Assembly (NCBI RefSeq): GCF_006345805.1
Contig: NC_043000.1
Location: forward strand, 83,700,001 to 83,764,000
Source of the DNA: Octopus sinensis
Taxonomy: Eukaryota
DNA length: 64,000 nucleotides
Direction of reading: 5' to 3'
This document shows, piece after piece, positions 1 to 12,900 of the stretch (position 1 is the stretch's first letter; each line of letters starts with the position of its first letter). Under the pieces are notes generated by a model. That model was not told the DNA's origin. It made no database searches and saw only the letters and a program-made list of their open reading frames with translations. The position numbers and the translations under genes are program-made.

Positions 1-21
1 GTAATATTCTGAAGGAAACTG

Positions 22-735
22 CTTCATCATCATTTCCTGTTTTCTCTGCCTGTGGCAGAATGTGCACCAACACGAGATATTTCTTGCTATAGTATTCAAT
101 CTTTGGCAAGAGCATTCAGAGAAACTATGTCAAGGCCTGTCCATGCTGTGATGTTATCTTTCCATTTCTTAGATTGCCAACCTCTGTTTCTCTTTCCATT
201 AATAGTACCTTCTTAACAGATCTTGCTGATGTCACCAACCATTCACTTAGTGTAGCCAAATAGTTTGAATACTTTATTTTCAATGACAGAGATTAATGGT
301 AATTTGGTTATTTGCCTTAGATCTTCAATTCTGACATGGCCTGAGAGTTTGGTGTTGCATTACATGTTTCTGAAAGATTTCCAGTTCCTTTAGGACAACA
401 AAGATCCTGTTAGCACATTCTTGACAATATAAAACTACTGGAGGAGTAAAGATATTGTAGATGCTTGATTTTGTGTGGGTTGGGATTTGTTTTGAAGTAA
501 GCACAATTTTGTTCTTACTAAAGGCTGCCAAACCAAATTCAATTCCATGTTTCACAGCTATCATTCCATTGTTTTACAAAGAGAGTTTGTATCCAAGGTA
601 GATGAATTCAGAAACTTGCTTTACTGGTTTGCTGTATATCATAAAGTTGAGGTCCAGATTAGATGTGTCTGTTGCCATGCATTCTGTCCTTGATATGTTG
701 ATAGAAGTCTGAACCAAGTTTGAGCTAATTAGTAA
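22..735 (-). mobile_element. Decayed RTE-clade LINE, 3' part of RT ORF
   Basis: Minus-strand translation gives QVSEFIYLGYKLS...GIEFGLAAFSKNKIVLTSKQIPTHTKSSIYNIFTPPVVLYCQE, the post-YADD region typical of RTE elements, with stops and frameshifts; short (TGA)n-type tail at 22-33. Confidence 0.75.
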
Positions 736-949
736 CAGTAATAACCAGTTATACTCTTAGACAAATACATAGAGAATATTTTGATTCCAAACTATGGAAT
801 GAAAATCTGTCTTGAACTTCAAAATATGAAACTAATATACATTTTTTTCATTGATTAGAAATATTATTTTCTAAAATTGAGAAAGTATATGGATAGTCTC
901 AGGTTCAATCCCTTGTAATGTCTACTTTAGAGGAAAGAGGAAATTTTTG

Positions 950-1090
950 CCTGTCATGGGCAATCTGCAGCCTGCAGGACTTTCTGAATGGTATGCCTAA
1001 CAAAAAGTTACCTTAAATTTTTTTAGCAGTGTATTGATGATGAACTATGTCTCATGTGGTCCACTTCTCAAAAATGGTTGCCCATGCCTG
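950..1090. mobile_element. Short hAT-like MITE remnant
   Basis: Imperfect terminal inverted repeats cctgtcatgggcaatc (950-965) / ggttgcccatgcctg (1076-1090); no clear TSD. Confidence 0.4.
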
Positions 1091-2494
1091 CTCTATGTGG
1101 TCAGTCAATCTGTTAGAAATAGCAACCAAATTCCCATCACACTGCATATTTAAAAAGAGGAGAACATACTGGATAATGTAGTCTTAGACGCACAAAACTT
1201 AAAAATTAGACAGGGTTCTGTTATTGGTTTCAACCAATAGGCTATGGCCATGCTGGGGCACCATTATGAATGGTCATGGTCAGAATACTTTCAGCATGGG
1301 ACTGAACTATGTTAAACAATCGCTTTATGTATAAAACAAATAAAAAGTAAATAAATGAAGGAGCTTTTATCTGGTCTTTGTAACAGCAACATAATTACCA
1401 AGGTCCCAGGTTGAATGCAGCTTTGCAGCACTTTGAGTATCTTCAACTGTAATGCAAGGCTGACCAAGTACCACGTGAGAGGAATTGGTAGAGAGAAACT
1501 GTGTAGAAGTTCCTTATATATATTTGTACATATTTATTAGTGAGAAAACTGATCACGTAGTGTCTATTGTGATATTTATATCACCTATGATGGTCAAATA
1601 ATCTCATCATTTTTATCATAATAAATAAAATGAACTAGTGTTTGGACTAAATGGACTGTATTGTAATCAATAATTCTATTATCTTTTATCATTTACTTGT
1701 TTCAGTCATTACACTGCAGCTGTACTGGGGCACCACCTCAGGGAACATTTTAGTCAAATGAACTTACTTCGGTACTTATTTTGTTAAGCCTAGTACTTAT
1801 ATTTTTAAAATCTTTTTTCTCTTTACCAAACCACTAAGTTACAGAGATGCAAACACACCAACACCAGTTGTCAAAAAGTAGTAGGACACACACACACACA
1901 CATGCGCACACGCACACACACACACACACGCACACACACTCACACACACACTTCTGTATATATATATATATATATCTTGGAGATTTTAGGTATAATTATA
2001 CTAATGTGTCCATCTGTTCTAATTTAATTAAATTCTATGTCTTTGTGCAGCTGAAGATTGCTCTGCATTTTAAATTGATATAATGATTACATTTTTCAAT
2101 TAAATGGAGTTGCATGAAATGATTGTGCTGCATTACCTCTAGATATCCCTGTTGCTTATTTTGATTATATATATTTATATATATATATACACATACACAC
2201 AATGGGTTGGCTTCTTTCACTTTCTGTCTACCAAGTTCCCTCACAAGGCCTTGGCCAGCCTGAGGCTATAGTAGAAGAGGCTTGCCCAAGGTGCCATGAA
2301 GTGGGACTGAACTTGGAATCGTGGTTGGGAAGTAAACTTACCACATAGCTACATCTGCACCGTGTTCACCAGTTGTAAGATACATGCATAAATAATACAA
2401 ATAACTACTAATTGCAGTATGAGTGGCAATGAATGACTACAGCTATTGAAACAATATCACCACATAATTGATTACTAAACCTTCATACAGCATA

Positions 2495-2880
2495 GGTGTA
2501 GGCATGGTTGTGTGGTTAGGATGTTTGCTTTTCAACCACGTGGTTTGGGTTTCAGTTCCGCTGCATGGCACCTTAGACAAGTGTCTTCTACCACCACCCC
2601 AGGCTGACTAATGCCTTGTAAGTCAATTTGGCTGATAGAAGCTGTGTGGAAACCTGTTGTATGTGTGTGCATGCATAATACATATATGTGTGTCTTATTC
2701 TATTCCTCCCACCACTAGTGTTGGTTTGTTTATGTCCTTATAACTTAGTGATAACAATAGAATAAGTATTTAAAAAAACAAACAAGCATAAATATTAAGG
2801 TTGATTTGTTTGACTAAACCCTCCAAGGTAGAGCTCCAGCATGGTCAAAGTCCAATGACTGAAACAAGTAAAGGGTAAAA
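2495..2880 (+). mobile_element. tRNA-derived SINE family A (head, internal microsatellite, AAAAGAT-like tail)
   Basis: Head with A/B-box-like tgtgtggttag...ggtttcagttcc, body aagtgtcttcta..., tail gactgaaacaagtaaa; the same sequence recurs more than 15 times in the window. Confidence 0.8.
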
Positions 2881-2944
2881 GAAGAAAGATATAACAGTCA
2901 ATGACATACATGTCTTAAAAAAAAAAGACAACAGCGATTCCTTC

Positions 2945-3350
2945 TCCTCCTTCTTTAACATCTGTTTTACATACTGGTACAGGTTGGATGGTTTGACCAA
3001 AGCTGGTAGGCCAGAGTGCTGCACCAAGTTCCAGTCTAGCTTGGTTTGGTTTCTATGACTGGATGCCTTTCCTAATGCCAACTACTTTACAGTGTATGCT
3101 GGGTGCTTTCAGCATGTATCAGCATGAGTGCTTTTTACATGGCACCAGCGCATGGCTCTTGCAAGCCAGTCCTCTTCATCATTGGGAGAGGCCTTAACAC
3201 TTCTGCTGTGGTGGATAGGTCTTCTTGAGTACAACAAGGCACCAGATATCTTGGTCCTTTGTCATCTCCTCTGAAAAGTTCAGTGTCCTGAAGTCGTCCT
3301 TCAGAACTTTGTCCCTTGTCTTCCTGGATCTAACATCTTCCACAATTTCC
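2945..3350 (-). mobile_element. RTE 3' end plus 3'UTR / family C repeat
   Basis: Minus strand has RSRKTRDKVLKDDFRTLNFSEEMTKDQDIWCLVVL followed by the ggcattaggaaggcatccag 3'UTR motif shared with 20190-20640 and 59438-59870. Confidence 0.65.
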
Positions 3351-4261
3351 ATTCACTTAGAGTGATTGGCACTTCATTATTGTATCATAAAATAAATATG
3401 TGATTAATTAATAAAACTTAATGCAGTACAGCCATCAATGAAAAACTACAGCTTGAAATGTCAACCACCTGCTTTATTCAATAGGTTATTTTTGACCCAG
3501 TTCATCTGTTTCAGTAACACTAACTGAAACTACAGAATGAGAACAAGCACCAGTAATATACCAGTATACCTGGGAAAGTGGGGAGTGAACTATTTCAACT
3601 TACTTTGTGGTTACCTACCTTTCTTCTCCTATTTCTCCATTATTATCATCTTCGATGGGATTTGAGAAAGATTTGACTGCTATTTTTTGCAGGTTGACAA
3701 AATGTATAAAGCAATATCATATTAGCTTGCTCAAAAAGGTGTTAGTGATTTAAGTGGAATGTCACAGCTACTGCAGTGACTGTAAGAACCCGTCAAGTGA
3801 CAGGAGAAACCACTGTAGTGTATTCAGAGCATGTAAGATAAAGAAACACTGATTATTTTCTATGGTATTGCCAGTGCTTGTGAAGTTAATATTGTTGTGA
3901 TTGTCTCAGATGAACCTGTATTGGGTAGCAGTCCTCTGACACACAGTCACTCAAAAAAGTATGAGCCACAGATTCATTTTTCCAGTTACAGCATGTCTCC
4001 ACTTAACTGAGGACTTTATTTTATACTCTGACATGTAAAGAGGAATCATGTGAAGGAAGCCATGACATGGTTACTTCACTTGCAAAAAATTACAACCAAA
4101 TCTTCCTCAAATACTACCTACCATCTTAAAAACTAGTTAAATATATGGGTTAAATTTGTGATGATGTTTGAGAGACAGATACAACACACTTGAACTATGT
4201 GATTCAGTGCTTTATCTCCTTAACCATTGTATACTTACAACTATTACAGGTATAATTACAA

Positions 4262-4470
4262 AGGCAGTTAGCTGGCAGAATCATTACAGTGTTGGATAAA
4301 ATGCTTAGCAACATTTCATCTGTCTTTATGTTTTGAGTTCAAATTCTGCCAAGGTTGACTTTGCTTTTCATCCTTTTGGTATTGATAAAATAAGCATCAG
4401 CTGAGCTCTGGGATCAAAGAAATTGACTAGCACCCTCCAAAAAAATTTCAGGCTTATAGTAGAAAGAATT
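4262..4470 (+). mobile_element. tRNA-derived SINE family B
   Basis: aaggcagttagctggcagaatc...gagttcaaattctgcc (B box)...gactttgcttttcatccttttggtattgataaaataagc; similar copies at 11275-11480, 51140-51590, 55300-55520, 57615-57820, 61120-61330. Confidence 0.75.
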
Positions 4471-4636
4471 ATTGATATAATTGCAAACATTATGGTCTAC
4501 TTTTTATCATTTACTTCAAAGTGCTAACATGCTGGAACTCCAAGAGAAATTGGTTAGGAAGAAAAAGACTGTTTTGGCCCTTGGGAGGATGAAGGTCCTC
4601 TCAAAATTCAAGGGATCTATTTTAGGGAGGGACCTT

Positions 4637-4795
4637 GTAGATATGATCATAAACCCCTATTGGTTCTTTAGGCATTGCTTAGTAGATATAATCACAAGCT
4701 CTCTTTGGATCTCCAGGCCCAGTCTGGTAAATATAATCACAGGCCCTCTTTGGATTTCCTATACCTGGCAGATATAGTCACAAACCCCTCTTTAG
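4637..4795 (+). repeat. Degenerate ~41-45 bp minisatellite, 4 units
   Basis: gtagatat(g/a)atcac/taa... motif restarts at 4637, 4682, 4727 and 4768. Confidence 0.7.
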
Positions 4796-5102
4796 CACTC
4801 TAAGCATTGAACTGATGCACTAACTGATTCCCCAACCATACTGGCTTAACTGTAACAGACGACACCATTCCATATTCTAGATGTAATGCTCATTTATTCC
4901 TCTTCCTTACCCTCTTCTTTGTTCCCCCCACATTACTGATCTCTCCTCCTCTTTGATGTTGATAAGCAATAAATTTTAATAAATCCTCATATAATTTTGA
5001 TTTGTTATTCAGACTAATGTCTGGCATGGCGCCTACCAAAGTTGCTGGAACAGACACAAAAGCTCACTTTTGTTAGAAAATAAAACACAAAGAAAAAGGA
5101 AG

Positions 5103-5433
5103 TGTAGTGGCAGTGGTGGTATTGTGGTGGTGTTGGTGATGATGATGATGATGATAGCTGTGGTAGTGGCAATCGTAGTGGTGGAGATAGTGGAGGATGT
5201 GATGATAGTGGTGGTGATAGTAGCAGTGATGGTTGTGGTAGTAATGTTGCTGTTGTTGGTGGTGGTGTTGGTTGTAGTGCAGGTGGTAATATTAATAGTA
5301 ATGATTAAAATGTTGATGGTGTTGTCAGTTATAATAAAGGTGGGTGGTAGTGCAGGTAGTGGTGGTGGTGGGGATGGTATTGGTGGTAACACAAATAGTG
5401 GTGGTGGTGATAGTTGATGATGCTGCTGCTGCT
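5103..5433. repeat. Mixed trinucleotide low-complexity tract (GTG/GAT/GTA)
   Basis: Directly visible; explains the V/M/T-rich ORFs in the track. Confidence 0.9.
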
Positions 5434-5633
5434 GCAGTCATCAATTACTAATGATTATTGAATATAACAGAATATGTAAACGTGCACCCATGTGATTATA
5501 AAGGTGGAAGAGGAGGAGGAGGGGTGTGTGGACTGAACATGTCCTACACACCGTTAGATGATGCAGGGAGCTTAGCTTGGAATTATATCAGAATGCAATA
5601 TGTTGGGTAATGGCAATGAAGAATACATACACT

Positions 5634-5681
<48 letters not shown>

Positions 5682-6784
5682 CATATATATATGTATATAT
5701 GCATATATATATATATCTGTATATATCTGTGTGTGTGTGTAATTTTCCTCCTCATCCCTTCATTGTTCAATTGGAAATGAAAATGAAAGGAGGAAGCAAC
5801 AGGATGAAAAAAATCATTAGTTTCACAGGATTTAACAGAATTTAGCAATGTTATAGACTTAATCAATGACAACTTACATGCATACACAAACATGCACACA
5901 ACATACACACACACATACCATACGTAATCATGCACATACATACACACAAACTTAACAGACACAACAGATGCAACATGCACACAACATACAACACATATGC
6001 AATACAGCACACACATACATTCACACCTGCACAGAACAGACACACACATATACACAACCTATAATACATGTACAACATAACACACATATACACACGTTCT
6101 GATTAATCCTGTCACCCATTATCTCCGTCCCTCTAGAGACTCAGTAATTTGATATTGCTGGATTTCCGCCAGGAAACATGAGGGGGAAATCTATCTGAAT
6201 GAAACAAGATGGGGTGAACGCATACTAATCATAATGCAAAGAGACTTGGCTGCATAATAAGACTAGTAGTAGTAGTAGTAGCAGTAGTAGTAGAAGCAGT
6301 GGTGGTGGTGGCAGCAGTAGTGGTAGTCATAGTTGCTTTGCCCTAAGTCAGACTTCATTGAACAGACCTTGATAAAAAGTGTGTCCCAGTAATGATTCTA
6401 AACCACTTTTTTTTAAAGACATAAAGTCCAACCCAAGCCAGCATGGAACATGAATGTTAAATGATGATGATGATGATGAGGATGATGATGATGATAAATG
6501 TATCTAAGATCACATCATGAAATAATATGTCACACTTTTCTTTTTGTGACTTTGCTGTGTGATAAGAAACTTGCTTCTCACCCACCTTTGGTAGATGGAA
6601 ACTGGCAAGGTTAGGGGCTGCATGAGGTTCCCTAGTCTGTTTTGGCTAGGCTTCTACGGCTGGATGCCCTTCCTAATGCCAACTGTCACCAGTGCTTTTT
6701 ACATGGCACCAGCACTCACACCAATGCATTTTACATGGCACCTTGGTTTTAGGATCGCAATATGTATATATACAAGTGTGTGTG

Positions 6785-6820
<36 letters not shown>

Positions 6821-6824
<4 letters not shown>

Positions 6825-7540
6825 GTGTAAGGCATGTGGCTTGGTAGTTAGGGTATTTGGTTCACAATCATAAAGTCATGAGTTCAATTCCCAGCAATGC
6901 TTAGTGTTCTTGAGCAAGACACACTCTACAATTTATGTCATGCTGAATCTCCTTGAGAACTAAATTAAGGGTACACATGTCTGTGGAGTGCTCAGCCACA
7001 TGCACATTAATTTCACGAGCAGCTGTTCCGTTGATCGGATCAACTGGAACCCTTGTCATAACTGATGAAATGCCAGTCAGTCAGACAGTTATATATGTAT
7101 TGTGTGTGTGACTTTGTCATCCACCACTGCTTGACAACTGGTGTTGGTTTGTATACATCCCTGTAAATTAGCAGTTCAGCAAAAGAAACTGATAGAATCA
7201 GTACCAGGCTTTAAAAAATGTTATGTACTGGGTGTCAATTTGCTCAACTAAGACCTCATCAAGGCAGTACTCCAGCATGGCCACAGTCCAATTACTGAAA
7301 CAAGTTAAAAGATAAAAGGTGGTAGGGTGTGATATGAGAGAAAAATTGACTGCTGCTTTAGCAAGTCTGGTGACACTATTGAATGGCTCCCTTGCTGGCT
7401 TGAGTACTTGTGGTAATCTATATACATCTATAATGGTGTGACACATTTAATGTTAATGTCTAAATACTACCTTACATAAACAACATCTGCTACATTGACA
7501 ATATATCATATATCATTTCCTTGGATCTTAACTTTCATAC

Positions 7541-7577
<37 letters not shown>

Positions 7578-8296
7578 ATGTGTAAGGCATGTGGCTTGGT
7601 AGTTAGGGTATTTGGTTCACAATCATAAAGTCATGAGTTCAATTCCCAGCAATGCTTAGTGTTCTTGAGCAAGACACACTCTACAATTTATGTCATGCTG
7701 AATCTCCTTGAGAACTAAATTAAGGGTACACATGTCTGTGGAGTGCTCAGCCACATGCACATTAATTTCACGAGCAGCTGTTCCGTTGATCGGATCAACT
7801 GGAACCCTTGTCATAACTGATGAAATGCCAGTCAGTCAGACAGTTATATATGTATTTGTGTGTGTGACTTTGTCATCCACCACTGCTTGACAACTGGTGT
7901 TGGTTTGTATACATCCCTGTAAATTAGCAGTTCAGCAAAAGAAACTGATAGAATCAGTACCAGGCTTTAAAAAATGTTATGTACTGGGTGTCAATTTGCT
8001 CAACTAAGACCTCATCAAGGCAGTACTCCAGCATGGCCACAGTCCAATTACTGAAACAAGTTAAAAGATAAAAGGTGGTAGGGTGTGATATGAGAGAAAA
8101 ATTGACTGCTGCTTTAGCAAGTCTGGTGACACTATTGAATGGCTCCCTTGCTGGCTTGAGTACTTGTGGTAATCTATATACATCTATAATGGTGTGACAC
8201 ATTTAATGTTAATGTCTAAATACTACCTTACATAAACAACATCTGCTACATTGACAATATATCATATATCATTTCCTTGGATCTTAACTTTCATAC

Positions 8297-8310
<14 letters not shown>
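6821..8310 (+). repeat. Near-perfect tandem duplication, period 755-756 bp, made of SINE fragments
   Basis: taatgtgtaaggcatgtggc starts at 6821 and 7576; identical ORFs 7198-7446 and 7954-8202 are offset by 756; units are joined at a (CT)n(AT)n tract. Confidence 0.95.
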
Positions 8311-8328
<18 letters not shown>

Positions 8329-8897
8329 GTTGGCCTGCTCACTTAGCCAGTGGGGTGGTATCATTCGAAGGCTAAAACAATGCGAACACATTGTGACCAG
8401 CGATGTGTAGCAACATCTGATGGTCTGGTTGGTCACGTGATCATGTGCTATATATATATTTTCACACTGGTGGCTGCCATGATTTCAGTGCAAAATGAAT
8501 CAGTCGCAGCACAGACTTTGACACAACAGGTTGGGGCGCTTTATCATGGTAACGTGTGCTGAGGAAGGTTAGGCTATTATGCCAGTCCAGAAACCAGTCC
8601 ACGTGAGTCCAAATACTATGCTGAAAGAATGTCTTAGCCCATATACCTTTGGGCAGTTGATTTCTGTAGTTATTATCAGTGTATTTTTGGGATTTAAATA
8701 AGAGTTTTGACTGTTATTTCCAGCAGTCAGACATACTTACTATGTCTTTTGATTAATTTTAATCCTTCAATTATTTAATGCTTTTTTGGCGGGTCCTGCA
8801 ATCACCTATATTATTGATTCTGTTATTATCATTTTTAAATGATAATAACAGAGTCAATGGTATCTTTGCAAATTATTCTTCGTGAATTATTTGCTCC

Positions 8898-8932
<35 letters not shown>

Positions 8933-9169
8933 AAAAAAGTCAAGGTAGAAATGCTAAAATATTTTTATAAAAAACATTTCAGTACCAGTTTCAGTCATTG
9001 AGACTTTTTCAACTGTAAGTATGAAAAACAATTAAATTATGGAAAAATTAAATGAAAAGTTTTTAAAAGAATATTTGCATAGTATTCAAATACAAGGGGC
9101 ATTTTCCTTGTTTCTGCCTGTCTCTGTCTTTTTTGTGGGTTCGAGGATGCTGTGAATTCTTGGCAGAGG

Positions 9170-9375
9170 TGGAGGAGGAGGGGGAGGAGGAGGAGGAGAG
9201 AAGAGAAGAAGGAAGAAGAAGAAGAAGAAGAAGAAGAAGGAAGAGAGAAGAGAAGAAGAAGAGAGAAGAAGAAGAAGAAGAAGAAGAAGAAGAAGAAGAA
9301 GAAGAAGAAGAAGAAGAAGAAGAAGAAGAAGAAGAAGAAGAAGAAGAAGAAGAAGAAGAAGAAGAAGAAGAAGAA
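9170..9375 (+). repeat. (GAG)n/(GAA)n microsatellite
   Basis: Long pure GAA run preceded by GAG repeats. Confidence 0.95.
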
Positions 9376-9789
9376 ATAACAATCAAGCTTGTGAACAACA
9401 TCCAACTATCTTAAATAAGGAAAGGACACATGAGGATATGGTGGTCCTAGACTGCGTTAAAAAGATAGAGTACCTGTGGTATGAGTGTTTTTGATCGTGG
9501 ATATATCTGACCAAGGTTAAACTGGGGCTAAGCAACAACAAAGACAATGATGATAATAATGATGATGACATTGAGCACGATGGCCACTACCACTACTACA
9601 ACAATAATGACGATGGTTACCACCACTACTACAACAATGAAGAAGACCACCATCACCACAACAATGATGATGATGACTATCACCACCACCACCACCACTA
9701 CCATACCGGTGATGACAACAACAACAAAAACAGATGTAGATATTACCATTGGAAGCTAAGTGTCTTTGCAAGTGAAACAATGCAGTGAG

Positions 9790-10155
9790 AAGAATAAGAA
9801 CCAACCACATGGTTCCAGGTTCAATCCCACTGCGTGGCACCATGGGCAAGTGTCTTCTATTATAGCCTCGGGCCGATCAAAGCCTTGTGAGTGGATTTGG
9901 TAGATGGAAACTGAAAGAAGCCCGTCGTATATATATATATGTATGTATGTTTGTGTGTCTGTGTTTGTCCCCCCAACATCGCTTGACAACCGATGCTGGT
10001 GTGTTTACATCCCCGTCACTTAGCGGTTCGGCAAGAGAGACCAATAGAATAAGTACTAGGCTTACAAAGAATAAGTCCTAGGGTCGATTTGCTTGACTAA
10101 AGGTGGTGCTCCAGGATGGCCACAGTCAAATGACTGAAACAAATAAAAGAATGAA
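9790..10155 (+). mobile_element. SINE family A, relatively young copy (CpGs retained)
   Basis: ggttccaggttcaatcccactgcgtggcacc...gcctcgggccgatcaaagcc...gaagcccgtcg(ta)n...gcggttcggcaagagagacc...gactgaaacaaataaaaga. Confidence 0.85.
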
Positions 10156-10294
10156 AGAATAAAAGAACTTTGGCTCAGTTAACTTAGTATAGCATTGATG
10201 ATGATGGTGGTAGTGATGGTGATAGTGTTGGTGGTTGATGTGGAGGTGATTATTATGAAAATGATGGTAGCACTGACAGTATTGGGTATTCATT

Positions 10295-10326
<32 letters not shown>

Positions 10327-11499
10327 AATAATAGTTGTGGTAATGGTAGAGGTGGAAGTTACCATCATCATCATCATCGTCATTGTTTTCGTGTCAACTT
10401 TTCATGCTCAGAATGAGTTTATTGAGGCAGATTTTCTATGGCTGGATGCTCTTCCTGTTGCCAACCTTTACCTGTTTCTAAGCAAAGTACTATTTACCCC
10501 ATGCCCAAATATGTTCTTGCAGAATATTGGAGGTGAAATGACACTGCTTGTGTAACAGTGACATTCATTTACAACTATCATGCTACATCAAGATAAGGAG
10601 ATACAAACACACACACGTGCGCAAACACACACACACACACACGCAAACATGCACACACATGTGTATGTGTATGCATGCGCGCATGAAATTATGGAGTGAG
10701 AAATAAGACATGGATAATAGCTGCAATAATAATAATATGATAGAGAGAGAGAGAGAGAGAGAGGCCAACAAACTGACTGGTAGATAGAGTGTGTGTGTGA
10801 ACTTATGGAGTGAGAAATAAGACATGGGTAATAGTAAACAATAATAATAATAATGTGTGTGGGAGAGAGAGAGACAGACAGACAGACAGTTGACCGACTG
10901 ATAGATAGATAAATAGATGGATAAACGGACAGACAGATAAAGAGAGACAGATAGGGTGTGTGCGTGCATGCATGTGTGTGTGTGTGTGTGTGTATGTGTT
11001 AGGCTGTTTTCAGTTTCTGTCTACCAAATCAACGTGCAAGGCTTTGGGTTGACCTGGGAGTTGGGGGGGGGGGGGGGGGCTAGAGTAGAAGACACTTGCC
11101 CAATTTGCCATGGTGTGGGACTGAACCAGAAACCATGTGGTTGGGAAGCAAACTTCTTAACCACACAGCTACACCTGTGCCTTGCTTACCAGTGATGTTA
11201 GTAGCAGATGAATATTTTGTGTGATTATCATCCAATATTTTCTTGTCTGAAGTAGAAGACAATGTTGTGAAGTATATTATTGATTTCCAATTTTGGCACA
11301 AAGCCAGCAAGTTTGGGGGAGTGAGTAAGTCAACCCAAATCCTCAACTTTATCGACCCCAAAGTATGAAAGGCAAAGTCAATCTCAGTGGAATTTGAACT
11401 CAGAACGTAAAGATAAGCAAAATATTGTGAAGCATTTTGCCTGGCAAGCTAACAATTCTGCCAGCTTGCCACCTTGAGTCAAGTTTATTATTGACATTT

Positions 11500-12290
11500 A
11501 GGTGCAGGCGTGGTGGTATGATAAGAAGCTTGCATCTCAACCACATAGTTCTGGGTTCAGTCCCACTGTGTGACACCTTGGGCAAGTGTCTTCTACTATA
11601 GCCTCAGGCTGATCTAAGCCTGGTGAGTGGATTTGGTAGACAGAAACTGAAAGAAGCCCATCATATATATATATATATATATTACTCTTACTCTTTTACT
11701 TGTTTCAGTCATTTGTCTGCAACCCTGCTGGAGCACCACCTTTAGTCAAGCAAATCAACCCCAGGACTTAGTCTCTTTTGCCAAACTGTTAAGTTACGGG
11801 GACATAAACACACCAGCATCGGTTGTCAAGCGATGCTGGGGCGACAAACACAGATACACAAACATATACACACACATACATATATATATATATATACACA
11901 TATATACGATGGGCTTCTTTCAGTTTCCGTCTATCAAATCCACTCACAAGGCTTTGGTCGGCCCGAGGCTATAACAGAAGACACTTGCTCAAGATGCCAT
12001 GCAGTGGGACTGAACCCAGAACCATGTGGTTGGTAAGCAAGCTACTTACCACACAGCCAGTCATATATATATATGTATGTATGTGTGTGTCTTTGTGTTT
12101 GTGTTTGTCCCCACCATCATCACTTGACAACTGATGATGGTGTATTTATGTCCCATAACTGATAGATTAAGTACTAGGCTTACAAAGAATAAGTCCAGGG
12201 GTCAATTTCTTCAACTAAATAAAACTCTTTAAGGTGGTGCTCCAGCATGGCCACAATCAAATAACAGAAGCAAGTAATAGAAAGAATTAA
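11500..12290. mobile_element. Family A SINE (+) with a second family A SINE (-) nested in its internal (TA)n
   Basis: 5' half (+) about 11500-11660, reversed copy about 11685-12060, 3' half (+) about 12065-12290. Confidence 0.7.
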
Positions 12291-12300
12291 GTATCATTAC

Positions 12301-12419
12301 CTTGTGACTAGTTCTGTCAATGACATCAGTGCTCCACTGTTTAGGGGTTGTGGGTGGTATATCAGATGTGCCACACTCCAATGTTGTCCAAGTGTCTTCT
12401 AAGAGATTCTTGATAAATC
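12301..12419 (-). CDS. TBC1D32: TBC1D32 (Broad-minded) internal exon, 119 nt, phase 1 to 0
   Basis: tatattttgctag|GA TTT...CAC AAG|gtaatg; encodes (G)FIKNLLEDTWTTLECGTSDIPPTTPKQWSTDVIDRTSHK versus recalled human [40 protein letters not shown]. Confidence 0.9.
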
Positions 12420-12489
12420 CTAGCAAAATATATAAACATCACAAGATGAAAAAGAGAAGCAACATTTAACTGGGACATACATGGAATTA

Positions 12490-12900
12490 TTTATTTAGTA
12501 GTAAGACATTTGCTTCCCAAATCACATGGTTCTGGGTTCAGCCCTACTGCATTGCACCTTGTGCAAGTCTCTTCTACTATAGCCTCAGGCCGACCAAAGC
12601 CTTGTGAGTGGATTTGGTAGAAGGAAACTAAAAGAAGCCTTTAATATATGCATGTGTGTGTATGTGTGTGTGTATGTGTATGTGTGTGTTTGTCCCCTCC
12701 ACCCCACCACTTAACTGATGTTGGTGTGTTTAAATTCCCGTAACTTAGCAGCTTGGCAAAAGAATCTGGTGGAATAAGTACTAGGATGAAAAAGAAGAGA
12801 AAAAAAAAGGACTGGGGTTGATTCATTTGATCAAAATGTCTTCAAGGCAGTGCCCCACCATGTCTGCAGTCTAACAACTGAAACAAATAAAAGATAAAAG
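12490..12900 (+). mobile_element. SINE family A, complete
   Basis: Same head, body, microsatellite and tail as the other family A copies. Confidence 0.8.

Noticed and set aside
3910-3958. Plus-strand AG...GT 49-nt open segment
   Set aside because: No compatible partner exons and no homology.
5033-6093. Long ORFs of 76-155 aa (also 9037-9849, 10126-10555, 22434-22714, 38960-39398, 41858-42337 5' part, 58398-58906)
   Set aside because: They are translations of di- and trinucleotide microsatellites or tandem repeats.
8440-8565. Open frames with splice-like signals on both strands (QNESVAAQTLTQQ..., TRYHDKAPQ...)
   Set aside because: No recognisable homology, incompatible phase with the gene, ambiguous strand; probably a repeat fragment.
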